This document shows, in pieces, positions 1 through 9,266 of a stretch of 64,000 nt of DNA. Made by a program: the position numbers and the translations under genes. Every line of letters starts with the position of its first letter. Position 1 is the stretch's first letter. The notes under the pieces are model-generated. The model was not told the origin of the DNA. It made no database searches and saw only the letters and a program-made list of their open reading frames with translations. This stretch comes from a virus: IMG/VR virus record IMGVR_UViG_3300025584_000449, positions 64,001 through 128,000 of that record; one strand, written 5' to 3'.

Positions 1-41
1 GCGAGTTAAAGAAAGTTAACATTAATACAGTTAAGTCATTA

Positions 42-51
42 TTCTTATACC
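42..51 (-). promoter_or_regulatory. GGTATAAGAA promoter-like motif
   Basis: exact 10-mer, intergenic. Confidence 0.6.
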
Positions 52-64
52 AGAAAATAACACA

Positions 65-655
65 TTATTTAGCTGGCTTAAAATACTGCTTAGCGATAGT
101 ATTAATAGTAGACTGAGGTAACTGTGAAATTACCATGTGGATCAGAGAGTTGATAGTGTTGTAGTGTGAAAGCTCTGTTTTTCTTTGCACAATCTTAAGA
201 ATTGTGCCATAACAATTTCCAGTACACAGGGACAGAAGAGTCCAAGCAGACCTGATCTTCTTTTTCTCTGCATCTGATATGTCAGAATCTTTAAAGCTAT
301 CGAGTACATAATCTCCGCAGAAAATGAAAAGACCTCTTTGATCTTCACAAAGATCTGGGATCAGATTGGCCGGACGTACTTTAGGTGTACTACAATCACC
401 ATAAGGATCCAACAGCCAATGTTTTCTGAGTCTGTGTATATACGGAGTTTGATCAGACCAGTGCTCAACATGAATTGCTAACATGTCAAAATTACTTCTA
501 ACCAACATTCCATTTCTTGGGTTTGTTCTGTGGCGAGATTTAAATCCAGTCTTTACTCTTTTAACAGTAAATTCTTTATTATATCTCGATGTTGTTTTCT
601 TATTAAATCTGTTTTTTGCTTGCTGTTTTTTAACAGATATGTTAATACTGCTCAT
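65..655 (-). CDS. hypothetical phage protein
   Basis: 196-aa ORF co-oriented and tightly packed with neighbours; no recognised motif. Confidence 0.55.
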   Translation of the reverse strand: MSSINISVKKQQAKNRFNKKTTSRYNKEFTVKRVKTGFKSRHRTNPRNGMLVRSNFDMLAIHVEHWSDQTPYIHRLRKHWLLDPYGDCSTPKVRPANLIPDLCEDQRGLFIFCGDYVLDSFKDSDISDAEKKKIRSAWTLLSLCTGNCYGTILKIVQRKTELSHYNTINSLIHMVISQLPQSTINTIAKQYFKPAK

Positions 656-656
656 G

Positions 657-992
657 CTACTTCCTTGATTTAATTGTCTCTGTATCCACGATTTTTACGT
701 TAGGGAATAAATCAGCGTGATCAATTTCATTGGGAATAAACTTCTCAATGAAAGGCGCTATTTCTTCCCACCGCATATCACCTGTAAGCCAATCTTCAAT
801 ATCCATAGGATTACTAAAGAATAAATTACAGGTATCTTGGTATGCTATTTCAAAATTTACTTCATCTACATCTTTGTAATACTCTGCATGTGATCTAGCT
901 ACCACATTAAGAGGGACGACCCACTTATGTCCTTGATCTACACTTTCCAAAGTTATGTTAGTATTGTTGACCCATGCCACTGTGTCCATCAA
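657..992 (-). CDS. hypothetical phage protein
   Basis: 111-aa ORF in tight operon; no recognised motif. Confidence 0.6.
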   Translation of the reverse strand: MMDTVAWVNNTNITLESVDQGHKWVVPLNVVARSHAEYYKDVDEVNFEIAYQDTCNLFFSNPMDIEDWLTGDMRWEEIAPFIEKFIPNEIDHADLFPNVKIVDTETIKSRK

Positions 993-1009
993 AGTATCCT
1001 CTCGAATTA

Positions 1010-1201
1010 TTACTTAAAACGTCTTCTCAAACTTCCAACTGAACCAACAGTGATGCCAAATACAGCCGCTATAATATAAAATATAATAGCCAATGCTACA
1101 CCAATCCATAATGGACTAGTGACCCACCACCAACTCCAGGCTATCACGCCACAGAGTTTTAAAATTAGAAAAATTACAAATAATAATGTTCCTAGTTCCA
1201 C
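1010..1201 (-). CDS. small phage membrane protein
   Basis: hydrophobic, LFVIFLILKLCGVIAWSWWWVTSPLW pattern common in small phage membrane proteins; GGAG upstream. Confidence 0.7.
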   Translation of the reverse strand: MELGTLLFVIFLILKLCGVIAWSWWWVTSPLWIGVALAIIFYIIAAVFGITVGSVGSLRRRFK

Positions 1202-1225
1202 AATAAATACTCCTTTAAGTTATGA

Positions 1226-1235
1226 TTCTTATACC
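1226..1235 (-). promoter_or_regulatory. GGTATAAGAA promoter-like motif
   Basis: exact 10-mer upstream of 1201. Confidence 0.65.
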
Positions 1236-1238
1236 ATA

Positions 1239-1892
1239 TTATCTTCTTAATATCTGTGGTATGCCGTCTTTAACAAACACTTCATGAGCTCTGTTTCTAA
1301 TAATCTCAGCTGTAAGTTCTTTAACTTTTAGCTTGGCTTCTTCTATAGTTTGAATACCTAATGCTTTCTTTCTACGAACTACAGAAGTGTAGGTACTATT
1401 CTCTCTAAGAATAAATCCCTTTACTCCAGGCTCCCACTGTTTGTTTGCATTGTCCTTGAGTGATATAGTTACTTCAAGATCTTGAGTTCGCCAATGTCTC
1501 TTGATTGTAGCTATAATATGATACGCATAATGTAAATCAGGACAATTTACATGTGTCTCAGACATTATGTGATGTTCTAAATTTTCTATATTCTCTGGTT
1601 GAATTTCTGTCATTTCTTTTATTGTCATTGATTGTGTCTCTTCTCTTTCAAAGTATGCCGTATAAGTAATTAAAGAGCAGTGGTCAACTCCTCCAGGAGT
1701 TCCTGGCGCTATTATACTCCAGCTTCCTCCTATATATTCTGTCTGTGGCCAAGAGTGGTCATTAATTCTACGCCGAGCATCTTTGAGCATATATCTTTTC
1801 TTAATTAAGATAGATTTCATAGGAGGACATAGATCCCAAATCTCTCGTGTACAGTTAGACCCTGTACCCCAATTATCTGTCGATGCCTTCAT
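1239..1892 (-). CDS. hypothetical phage protein
   Basis: 217-aa ORF overlapping upstream gene end. Confidence 0.55.
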   Translation of the reverse strand: MKASTDNWGTGSNCTREIWDLCPPMKSILIKKRYMLKDARRRINDHSWPQTEYIGGSWSIIAPGTPGGVDHCSLITYTAYFEREETQSMTIKEMTEIQPENIENLEHHIMSETHVNCPDLHYAYHIIATIKRHWRTQDLEVTISLKDNANKQWEPGVKGFILRENSTYTSVVRRKKALGIQTIEEAKLKVKELTAEIIRNRAHEVFVKDGIPQILRR

Positions 1893-2172
1893 GATTCTCC
1901 ATCCATATACACATCCTCTCGTGTGCCCACTCTATTGCTTCGGGTAGTTGGCCTTCTTGGCCGTACTCTTCTACATACACTGTGTAAGTCATTAGATTGG
2001 TAGCGAAGTATTCTTTCCAATCAGGAAGAACCTTAGGAGCCTCGTCTTGCACTGGTGCAAGACTACTCATATCAAAAAACTTTATCATTCCGCTCCACGT
2101 AAATGATTTAGTTTCTTCTAGTGATATACATACCAAGCGTTGAATCTCTTTGAAATAATAATATTCTATCAT
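1873..2172 (-). CDS. hypothetical phage protein
   Basis: 99-aa ORF, ATGA-type overlap with upstream gene. Confidence 0.55.
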   Translation of the reverse strand: MIEYYYFKEIQRLVCISLEETKSFTWSGMIKFFDMSSLAPVQDEAPKVLPDWKEYFATNLMTYTVYVEEYGQEGQLPEAIEWAHERMCIWMENHEGIDR

Positions 2173-2405
2173 ATATCCTCTGTGGAAATAGCCACTGTGG
2201 CATTTATAATGTGTGTATTAAAATTAAATAATGCACTTGATACCTTACTCTTGTGGTCATTAAATGCATTACACAGAAGATCATAGTCTCCTCTTAATAT
2301 CTCATATTTCTTGAACAGCTCTAATACAACTATAAACACAGGATCATTAAGTTCTGGGTTGGCTTTGATGCCGTCAATTATCTTTTTTAGTTCTTCGTCT
2401 GTCAT
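2169..2405 (-). CDS. hypothetical protein, paralog of 2761..3087
   Basis: N-terminus MTDEELKKIIDGIKANPELNDPVFIVVLELF resembles 2761..3087. Confidence 0.6.
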   Translation of the reverse strand: MTDEELKKIIDGIKANPELNDPVFIVVLELFKKYEILRGDYDLLCNAFNDHKSKVSSALFNFNTHIINATVAISTEDI

Positions 2406-2743
2406 TTTCCATCTACAATCTTTAAAATAGCCTCGCCCTCTGAGTTAGCATATACTCCACGATATACTTGCCAGAATTTAAAGGGTTCTCTATCTATCTT
2501 TGTTTGGAGTTTGATTTCATAATGATTGTGTGCAGTTATTGCAGCTGTTACAACATATAATAGTAGAAATATAGGGTACATATAGCTCAATAATAAAATA
2601 ATAAAACTACAAAAAGCAAATAAGTAGTTCTTGTATACTTTAATCAACATGAACGGAAGAAAGAGAAAAGTCTTAATACAGAAGCTTTGACTCATTGCTT
2701 CGTATAGTCCGTCTTTACTTTCCATAACAATGTATTTCTTCAT
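2402..2743 (-). CDS. hypothetical membrane protein
   Basis: central hydrophobic segments; coupled overlaps. Confidence 0.55.
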   Translation of the reverse strand: MKKYIVMESKDGLYEAMSQSFCIKTFLFLPFMLIKVYKNYLFAFCSFIILLLSYMYPIFLLLYVVTAAITAHNHYEIKLQTKIDREPFKFWQVYRGVYANSEGEAILKIVDGK

Positions 2744-2760
2744 GGGAACCCCATCTGGCT

Positions 2761-3087
2761 TTAGAATGGTAAATTATCGTCATCATCTTTGTGGTTAATA
2801 ACATAATCATCAACAGTCTTCATTATATCTTCATACTGTTTTGCGTATTTAGTATTATCATCTGAGGTATAATACTTTTTATTAGGAACTGGAATTGTTT
2901 TATATTCTGTGACATATTCATTTCTAAATTTATTTCGTGTTAATTCAGTAACTATTCTTTCTAAATTTACAATATGTCCAAACAAAGCTTGCAATAAAAT
3001 GAAGGTGCTATCTTGTAGCTCAGGATTGTCCTTTATTGCTTTGATTATCTTTTCTATTTGCTCCAAGGATAGCTCTTCATCAGACAT
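2761..3087 (-). CDS. hypothetical protein, paralog of 2169..2405
   Basis: MSDEEL..IEKIIKAIKDNPELQDSTFILLQALF. Confidence 0.6.
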   Translation of the reverse strand: MSDEELSLEQIEKIIKAIKDNPELQDSTFILLQALFGHIVNLERIVTELTRNKFRNEYVTEYKTIPVPNKKYYTSDDNTKYAKQYEDIMKTVDDYVINHKDDDDNLPF

Positions 3088-3328
3088 TAAATCTATCCTT
3101 ATCTGTTTTTCGATCCTTTAGCTCAGCTTTGACTTTTTTAGACCATGCTTTCTTTGCATCCTTAATAGATAGCTTAGCTAAACTATATCTTTCTTTTTTA
3201 AAATGAGGTTTACAAAATACCTCATAATAAGTTGTTTTCTTACCGGCCCAATCTGTAGTAGTTCTTGTACTAAAAGTTGGTAATTTATTACACACAGGGC
3301 ATAGAGGTATTACCTCAAGTTTTCTCAT
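3080..3328 (-). CDS. Lar-like (restriction alleviation-like) Cys-rich protein
   Basis: KLEVIPLCPVC...AKKAWSKKVK; matches PCP...WN architecture of neighbours. Confidence 0.5.
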   Translation of the reverse strand: MRKLEVIPLCPVCNKLPTFSTRTTTDWAGKKTTYYEVFCKPHFKKERYSLAKLSIKDAKKAWSKKVKAELKDRKTDKDRFNV

Positions 3329-3602
3329 AATCTATAAACTCCTTTACATATTTGTTCCATCTATCTATTACAGCTTGTAAGGTGTGCTTACTATGGTACT
3401 GTTGTTGCGCTATGAATCCACAAACAGCGCTATAATGCTCGTGAAAACATACAGGACACTCAAGGTGCCAATTATCTGTATTAGCGACGGCACTAAGTTC
3501 TCCATTAATAACTGCAGATGTGACAGTTGTTCTATTTCTAGCTAACTCCATATGACATTTACCAACAGGACAGGGTAAAATAATATTAAGTTTTTTCATC
3601 AT
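3315..3602 (-). CDS. Lar-like Cys-rich protein
   Basis: KKLNIILPCPV...CPVC...VIDRWNKYVK. Confidence 0.55.
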   Translation of the reverse strand: MMKKLNIILPCPVGKCHMELARNRTTVTSAVINGELSAVANTDNWHLECPVCFHEHYSAVCGFIAQQQYHSKHTLQAVIDRWNKYVKEFIDYEKT

Positions 3603-3619
3603 AATATTCCTTTACCTTC

Positions 3620-3805
3620 TTATTCCAAAGTTTCTTCATCTTTGATAAGCTCGTTCCAGTGTTCAATTATATCATCAATGTCTGATCCCCAGGGGTCTTC
3701 TCCTATACAGCAAAGTGTGTCTGAAATTCTACATATTTGCCCATAGGTAACGCTAAATACTTTATACTTACACTTTACTTTGTAGTAATTAGTTCCATTG
3801 ACCAT
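3620..3805 (-). CDS. Lar-like Cys-rich protein (short)
   Basis: Cys cluster and IIEHWNELIK C-terminus. Confidence 0.45.
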   Translation of the reverse strand: MVNGTNYYKVKCKYKVFSVTYGQICRISDTLCCIGEDPWGSDIDDIIEHWNELIKDEETLE

Positions 3806-3853
3806 TCCTCTTTCTCTATGAAGTGGTCATTTAATATTTTAGCGCGTGGACAT

Positions 3854-4168
3854 TTAAGTATTATCTGGAGTTTCTTCATATGCCTTTATCGCCTCATTCC
3901 AATATTTAATAAATACTTCTGGTTTAGCGTCAATATTTGTCTTTGGAATCATGTTTATTGTGGCTGGGTGTATTAAAAAACATGTAGGCTCACCTATACC
4001 ATTCCCTCTAGCCTGCGCAGGAGTCTGGTTGTAAGTACAAGTAGCCCACGCTTTATACTTACAGTTGAATACTTCAACAAACCCATCATCATCTAATTTA
4101 AAACTAAATAGACTTTGTGCTGAAAGACCGGTTAAAGGACAGTTTTTTGGGATGTGTAATTTATGCAT
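3854..4168 (-). CDS. Lar-like Cys-rich protein
   Basis: KLHIPKNCPL...FIKYWNEAIK. Confidence 0.5.
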   Translation of the reverse strand: MHKLHIPKNCPLTGLSAQSLFSFKLDDDGFVEVFNCKYKAWATCTYNQTPAQARGNGIGEPTCFLIHPATINMIPKTNIDAKPEVFIKYWNEAIKAYEETPDNT

Positions 4169-4413
4169 GCTTTATTCCATATCTTTATAATTTTATCATC
4201 AAATCTAGGCTTGTCTATAGCAGTGTCATTTGCTGTAATTGTCTCAAAAATACATGGCTTTTTAGCAGTAAGTACACAATAATGCTGACCTGTGTGAGAC
4301 ATACAGTTAGGGGAAATATTAATTGTTCCTTTAATTACCCCAGGTTCAAAATAAAATATACCACCCATAGCATTACCTGGGAAACGTAGAAAAATAGGAC
4401 ACGGTAATATCAC
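4132..4413 (-). CDS. Lar-like Cys-rich protein
   Basis: MILPCPI...IIKIWNKAC. Confidence 0.5.
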   Translation of the reverse strand: MILPCPIFLRFPGNAMGGIFYFEPGVIKGTINISPNCMSHTGQHYCVLTAKKPCIFETITANDTAIDKPRFDDKIIKIWNKACINYTSQKTVL

Positions 4414-4676
4414 TCTAAGCTTTTTGATTTTAAATACTCCTTTACTTCACAGTTCCATTGAGCAATAGCTTTTTCTGGCGTAATGTCTTCCATATAATCA
4501 TGGGTTGGATCTAATGTGCAGAACTGTTCTTTATTTGAATGCTCACAATCACACATAACCATAAAAGGTACTGTTTTTCCAAGTGTAACATTATAAACCT
4601 CTCGTTCTATCATCTGATAACTATTACGTCCCCATGGAACTACTGGACAAGGTAAGAGTACTCGTAGTTTTTTCAT
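4410..4676 (-). CDS. Lar-like Cys-rich protein
   Basis: KKLRVLLPCPV...CDC...AIAQWNCEVK. Confidence 0.55.
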   Translation of the reverse strand: MKKLRVLLPCPVVPWGRNSYQMIEREVYNVTLGKTVPFMVMCDCEHSNKEQFCTLDPTHDYMEDITPEKAIAQWNCEVKEYLKSKSLE

Positions 4677-4951
4677 GCTTCTTCGTCGTATGTCTGCTCA
4701 AAGATGTCAGGCTTGCATGGGTAGTACTCACCCTGTACACCCTTAATGACCCAATCATTTAGTGATGCAGTTATTACTCCTTCTAATGTCTGTATCTTTA
4801 AGATCGGATTGTCGTCTTCATCAAATGATGCAGCTGTACTGCACCTTACCCAATTATATACTTGATCTTTAGTCTCGTTGGTGAATTGTACTGCCTCAAC
4901 TACTATTGCTTTCTTTCTATACTTTTTTATCATTTGATGCCATCCTCTCAA
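4673..4951 (-). CDS. conserved small phage protein
   Basis: KYRKKAIVVEAVQF...DWVIKGVQGEYYPCKPDIFEQTY pattern seen in many phage proteins of unclear function. Confidence 0.75.
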   Translation of the reverse strand: MRGWHQMIKKYRKKAIVVEAVQFTNETKDQVYNWVRCSTAASFDEDDNPILKIQTLEGVITASLNDWVIKGVQGEYYPCKPDIFEQTYDEEA

Positions 4952-5231
4952 ATATATCTACTAAATAATCGTCTTTGTCTATCTCTATGCCAAACATCTT
5001 CTTGGCTATAAGTACTGCAGTATCTATAGCTACGCCTCCACACTCATCAAAGTCTGAGAACATAGATAAATCACTGATCAAGTAATCATGCTGTTCCATT
5101 TTAAATACTGTTTTCATGAATAGATCAGCTTCGGCCTCTACCTTTGATAGCCTATCATCACCTGCGTACTCAATAGGTATCTCACCATTAGCCGCTTTAC
5201 GAATGATTGCTTCTGCTTGTTCTTTATTCAT
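4917..5231 (-). CDS. hypothetical phage protein
   Basis: 104-aa ORF in operon. Confidence 0.55.
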   Translation of the reverse strand: MNKEQAEAIIRKAANGEIPIEYAGDDRLSKVEAEADLFMKTVFKMEQHDYLISDLSMFSDFDECGGVAIDTAVLIAKKMFGIEIDKDDYLVDIFERMASNDKKV

Positions 5232-5540
5232 CGTTTTCTTTCTGAATTCTTTTGAGATAATTTTCTCTAGCCTTTTTAAGATAAGCTTCTTTCTCTTCAG
5301 TGCTCATTGCTTCCCATGTTACTTTAAATTTTCTATTATCCCATAGCCCTTTAAGAGCTACTCTCAACTTACTCATAATAATCACTCCTCCATATATCAG
5401 TAGGTGATGGATATTCCTTATTATCTGGGTCACACCAATCACAGAAATATTGAGTCATTGAGTCTTCATAGGTATCTTCATCACAATTGTCTAGTTCTCT
5501 GCCCCAGACCCATCCAGCTCCACCACATTTCTCACATTTC

Positions 5541-5978
5541 TCACTCATCTTGAACTAATAGTTCGTTGAGCTTTTCCCAACTCACGCAGCTAGAACAATC
5601 ACAATTAAAAGTATGATCATTGGATGCAAGAGTCAGCTTTGATGCTGTATCTATTATTGCATCATATTTGTCTAGTATGCTCTCAACCTCGTTACGCATC
5701 TCAGCTATAAGGGCTGCGTTCTCGTTCCAGTTACCGTCATCTATTTCAATGCCGGGGTGCAGTTGGTATAATGTACAGGCAATGATCTCCTCTGCTCGTT
5801 CACCGTTCATGCCTTGTTGGTTGTCATGACGTTGACCTCTATCAATGGTACCAACATATCGTGCATTCATAAATGAATCATCATCTGTGCACACAAAGAA
5901 CCATGGAGCTTTAGTCGCATTCTTTAGTAATGCTCTTAACTTCTTATACTTATTCATCAGGTTTGTCCTTTGGTACAT
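5541..5978 (-). CDS. Ead/Ea22-like phage protein
   Basis: ATKAPW ... NAALIAEMRN resembles the ATxGPW...NAxFIA pattern of this family. Confidence 0.5.
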   Translation of the reverse strand: MYQRTNLMNKYKKLRALLKNATKAPWFFVCTDDDSFMNARYVGTIDRGQRHDNQQGMNGERAEEIIACTLYQLHPGIEIDDGNWNENAALIAEMRNEVESILDKYDAIIDTASKLTLASNDHTFNCDCSSCVSWEKLNELLVQDE

Positions 5979-6459
5979 TATAAAATTCTAGAGATGATAG
6001 AGCACATCCAAACTCTACCTGTCCTGATGAGGGGAACACACGTAATAGTCCACTTCTAGCTAAGCAGTCAATGCTCCATCCTGATGGAGGGATGGCAGCA
6101 GGAACTGTACCATATTTATTAAGCCAGTCTTTGCCATAGCCTCCAATTCCATCAACATGTAACACATCAGATCCTCCTGAGTATTCTCCGAGAATAGCAT
6201 TGTCACTGGCTAGTAATATCACAGACATACAGCGGTAACCACTATCATGTAGACTAGATTTACTTCCTAGTCCTGGTAGTATGAGAAAGCTATCACATCT
6301 AGGATTGTCATTCCAACCCGGAGGATCTATAGCTTTAGCGGCTAATATTATCTCTTTTTTAGTCATTTTGTTTAAATCGTATTTTTTCTTCTTATTCACC
6401 ATGTTCCTCACATCTAATACAAATATATCCTGAGAATTTAGCTCCACCGCAGTCTTCAC
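5950..6459 (-). CDS. hypothetical phage protein
   Basis: 169-aa ORF in operon. Confidence 0.55.
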   Translation of the reverse strand: MKTAVELNSQDIFVLDVRNMVNKKKKYDLNKMTKKEIILAAKAIDPPGWNDNPRCDSFLILPGLGSKSSLHDSGYRCMSVILLASDNAILGEYSGGSDVLHVDGIGGYGKDWLNKYGTVPAAIPPSGWSIDCLARSGLLRVFPSSGQVEFGCALSSLEFYNVPKDKPDE

Positions 6460-6675
6460 ACGATGTTATGGGGTTTCCATGAACATATAATGTATGAAGT
6501 GCGCTCTTATCCCACTCAGGAGTTCCTTCTTCTAGAAATTCTAGAGGTGGCTTGGGAATTAATCTCTTGAGAGCATCGGTGACTAATCGTCTAGCATTAC
6601 CAATGGTTGATGCTTTCTCTATAGATCTTAAGGTCATTATAGCCAGCTCTAACTTCTCTTCAGGTGATAAGTCGC

Positions 6676-7224
6676 TCATTCTTTCTCCTTTTCTTGCTCT
6701 TTCATCATCTTAGCCAATCTGCGCATAGTATCTTTAAGGGAAGAGACTTCCTTTTCTAAAGAAGAGATCTTAGTTTGATTCTCTTTTAGAGCGGAGCTTA
6801 CACTCATAACTATAGCGTATATTAGCGTGGATGTTAATGTAGTGCTTTGTTTGTTCTTCTCTGAGTCTAGCTGTCTGATTAAGCTGATCAGATCGCTATC
6901 TGAGCGATCTAGTGATTTATCAACGAGTTGTTGAATAAAATCTGCGCCTGTGTCTAAATCCTGGATTAGTGTGTACAAAATCCCCTTTCTCCCAGGAGAT
7001 GGCTCGGAAGTACCTTTTTTCCATTCATAGTACATGGAGCTATTTTTTGACATTGGCTCCTTGTTTCGCCATCTATTTTGGTGTAGATTAATATGATCTA
7101 CTACCTCTAGTCTACCGTAAGAGTGCGTTACAGAGAGATAGTCTAAAACGTCTGGAATGGACATATCTCTGTATTTTTTGATGATACCTTTGAAGATACC
7201 ATGTGATGGAATAATGTCTATCAT
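6676..7224 (-). CDS. putative HTH/coiled-coil regulator
   Basis: YYEWKKGTSEP resembles the Cro/CI YxWExGxxxP motif; C-terminal heptads; first gene left of the long non-coding region. Confidence 0.35.
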   Translation of the reverse strand: MIDIIPSHGIFKGIIKKYRDMSIPDVLDYLSVTHSYGRLEVVDHINLHQNRWRNKEPMSKNSSMYYEWKKGTSEPSPGRKGILYTLIQDLDTGADFIQQLVDKSLDRSDSDLISLIRQLDSEKNKQSTTLTSTLIYAIVMSVSSALKENQTKISSLEKEVSSLKDTMRRLAKMMKEQEKEKE

Positions 7225-7245
7225 AATAATTGTCCTTTAGTTTAA

Positions 7246-7258
7246 AATCAAAAGTTTG
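7246..7258 (+). promoter_or_regulatory. IHF-consensus site
   Basis: AATCAAAAGTTTG = WATCAANNNNTTR, preceded by TTTAA. Confidence 0.5.
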
Positions 7259-7841
7259 GGTTTGAATAGATTTGTGGGCCGAATCGTAGTTTTGCGCTGC
7301 AAATCTATGTAAATCGGTGCAACAAATCGTATACGCTGTAACAGCCCTGTAATACACGTGTAGAGCAATTGTAAATTGGTGTATTTACTCTGTAGTTTGG
7401 TGTATCCCCTTTGAAATATCTGAGTTATTTTAAAGGGGTGGTGTAAACAGCCTATTTCGATGTAAAATATAACTCTATATAATATATACATATATATATA
7501 TAATTACTTTGTCAATAATAAATAATAATAATACTGTAGGAGTCGGAGTGTTGTAACTATTGAAGTTAAGTGGTATTTTACTCAAATATGCCCTTTTCAT
7601 AGCTTTTCAGTGTGTGTGTACACACGTATGGAGAGAAATACGAAGATGTTAAATCTTCGTCTAGGGTCTCTCTCTATCGCGCACTTTGCAAATCGGTGTA
7701 AAGTTGTATGTGTATACCAAATATACATATACAGCTTAGGCTATTTTTATCGGCCCAATTAGATTTGTATGTGTGTGACATATATACATATACAGCATGT
7801 GCATTTTTTGGCGCGGTGTAGTATCGCTCGGAGTTGTTTAA

Positions 7842-7854
7842 AATCAAGGAGTTA
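7842..7854 (+). promoter_or_regulatory. IHF-consensus site
   Basis: AATCAAGGAGTTA = WATCAANNNNTTR, preceded by TTTAA. Confidence 0.55.
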
Positions 7855-7894
7855 CAGCCCTTGAGGTGGTGTAGGTCTATATATGCGAGCTCTA

Positions 7895-7907
7895 TAAGTC
7901 GTTGATT
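7895..7907 (-). promoter_or_regulatory. IHF-consensus site
   Basis: minus strand AATCAACGACTTA, preceded by TTTAA; inverted relative to the 7842 site. Confidence 0.55.
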
Positions 7908-8031
7908 TTAAAGGAGTAAAAAAATTCGTTGATATATATAGAGTTAGAGAATTCGGCTATTTTTTGTGTCTTTTTCGAGGTCGAAAATGCACCTTTTATT
8001 TGAGCACGGCCCATGGCCGGTATCCGGCACA

Positions 8032-8376
8032 CTATTCTGTGAGATTACAGAGATCGGTTAATTCTCTCTGTAGCACTGAGTTAGGGAGTATTAATGATGA
8101 TGCCATTAGTCTTAATAGTCTCTCTGTGAAAATTTTTAGAGAATCAGTTAAATGGTCAAATCCCGCTCTTATGAAGTGTTCATGAAGGTACATTGTAACA
8201 TTGTAGTTTAATGCATAAAATGAGCATGGATTTCGCATGTCGAACATAGCCGAGATTGTCTCACCTGTGTGTGATGACTCGAACTTAATGGAACATATTC
8301 CATGTTCTAGATCTTTACATATTGTTCCTGTTAATGTCATTAATAATGTCCTGACATCTGTGTGCTGGTAGTACAT
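8032..8376 (-). CDS. hypothetical phage protein
   Basis: 114-aa ORF. Confidence 0.45.
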   Translation of the reverse strand: MYYQHTDVRTLLMTLTGTICKDLEHGICSIKFESSHTGETISAMFDMRNPCSFYALNYNVTMYLHEHFIRAGFDHLTDSLKIFTERLLRLMASSLILPNSVLQRELTDLCNLTE

Positions 8377-8689
8377 GACTACTGATAATAAAATTAATAA
8401 TAATATTAAGCGTATTTCTATTGGATACGCTTAATGAGAAGTTTCTCCAAGCTTGAGCTTCCTTATGGTTGAGCTTAACGAGATTTAGCTCATCGAGTTG
8501 ATTTTCGTTAGGTCCTCCAAATAAGTAGGTTGTGTTCAGCTTGAATTCTCCTCTTCTATAGATATTCGTGAAAAACTCTTTCCAAGGCCACATAATAACA
8601 TATGGAAAAAGATGATCTTGTTCCGTATTACTTACCTGCAAATACGAACGCTCGTTCGTATAATCCTTTAAAAATCTAAATGTTAACAT
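8315..8689 (-). CDS. hypothetical phage protein
   Basis: 124-aa ORF with GGAG upstream. Confidence 0.5.
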   Translation of the reverse strand: MLTFRFLKDYTNERSYLQVSNTEQDHLFPYVIMWPWKEFFTNIYRRGEFKLNTTYLFGGPNENQLDELNLVKLNHKEAQAWRNFSLSVSNRNTLNIIINFIISSHVLPAHRCQDIINDINRNNM

Positions 8690-8790
8690 ATAATAATAAT
8701 ACTCCTATTATAAAAAAGGGTGTTACCACCCTTTACCCCACCTGCTTATAGGAGATGGTTTGTGAATCATGATGAATGCTATGAGTTTTT

Positions 8791-9266
8791 TCATTTGTCC
8801 ACCTTCCAATTGAATAAATACTGTCGATACCCTGGAGTGCACTTCCATTTCATCTTATAAGGATAACGCCCATCATCCTCATAAGTACCATTATAGATAA
8901 GTTCATTGTCAGTGACTTCAAGGGCTTCATTGACAGCACGCTCAAAGAAAACCGGGTTTATTCCACAAGCTTTCAAGAACTCATTATTCACTTTGTTGTA
9001 GATAGAGGGTTTCTCATTATAATCCCAAGGGACTACCGCAAAGGTAACACAATCAGTGCTAGGGTCATAAACTGCTTGGAACGGAGGACAAATGAAGAAG
9101 GAGAGCACGAGAATACTATCCCGAGCTTTTCATGTTTTTCAACACTTACGTTTTTTTGAGTAGCCCAGGCATTGACCTTTTCCAGCCAATCACTGCTGGC
9201 TTGAGCACTAGGGCTAGCCAACATTATGGCTAATGTCAACACTATGATGAATTTGACGAACTTCAT
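8791..9266 (-). pseudogene. possible frameshifted secreted protein (ORFs 9033..9266 and 8791..9108)
   Basis: signal-peptide-like MKFVKFIIVLTLAIMLASPSAQA N-terminus; one extra base near 9112-9130 would join it to the overlapping 105-aa ORF. Confidence 0.35.

Noticed and set aside
7477-7502. (TA)n tract as a distinct element
   Set aside because: Low complexity in an AT-rich region; mentioned only as part of the non-coding region.
7230-8030. Possible CRISPR or mini-array
   Set aside because: Repeats are short, few and irregularly spaced; no repeat-spacer periodicity here or elsewhere that I could see.
9150-9156. A AAA AAC slippery heptamer as programmed -1 frameshift
   Set aside because: The -1 frame hits TGA twice before joining the downstream ORF.
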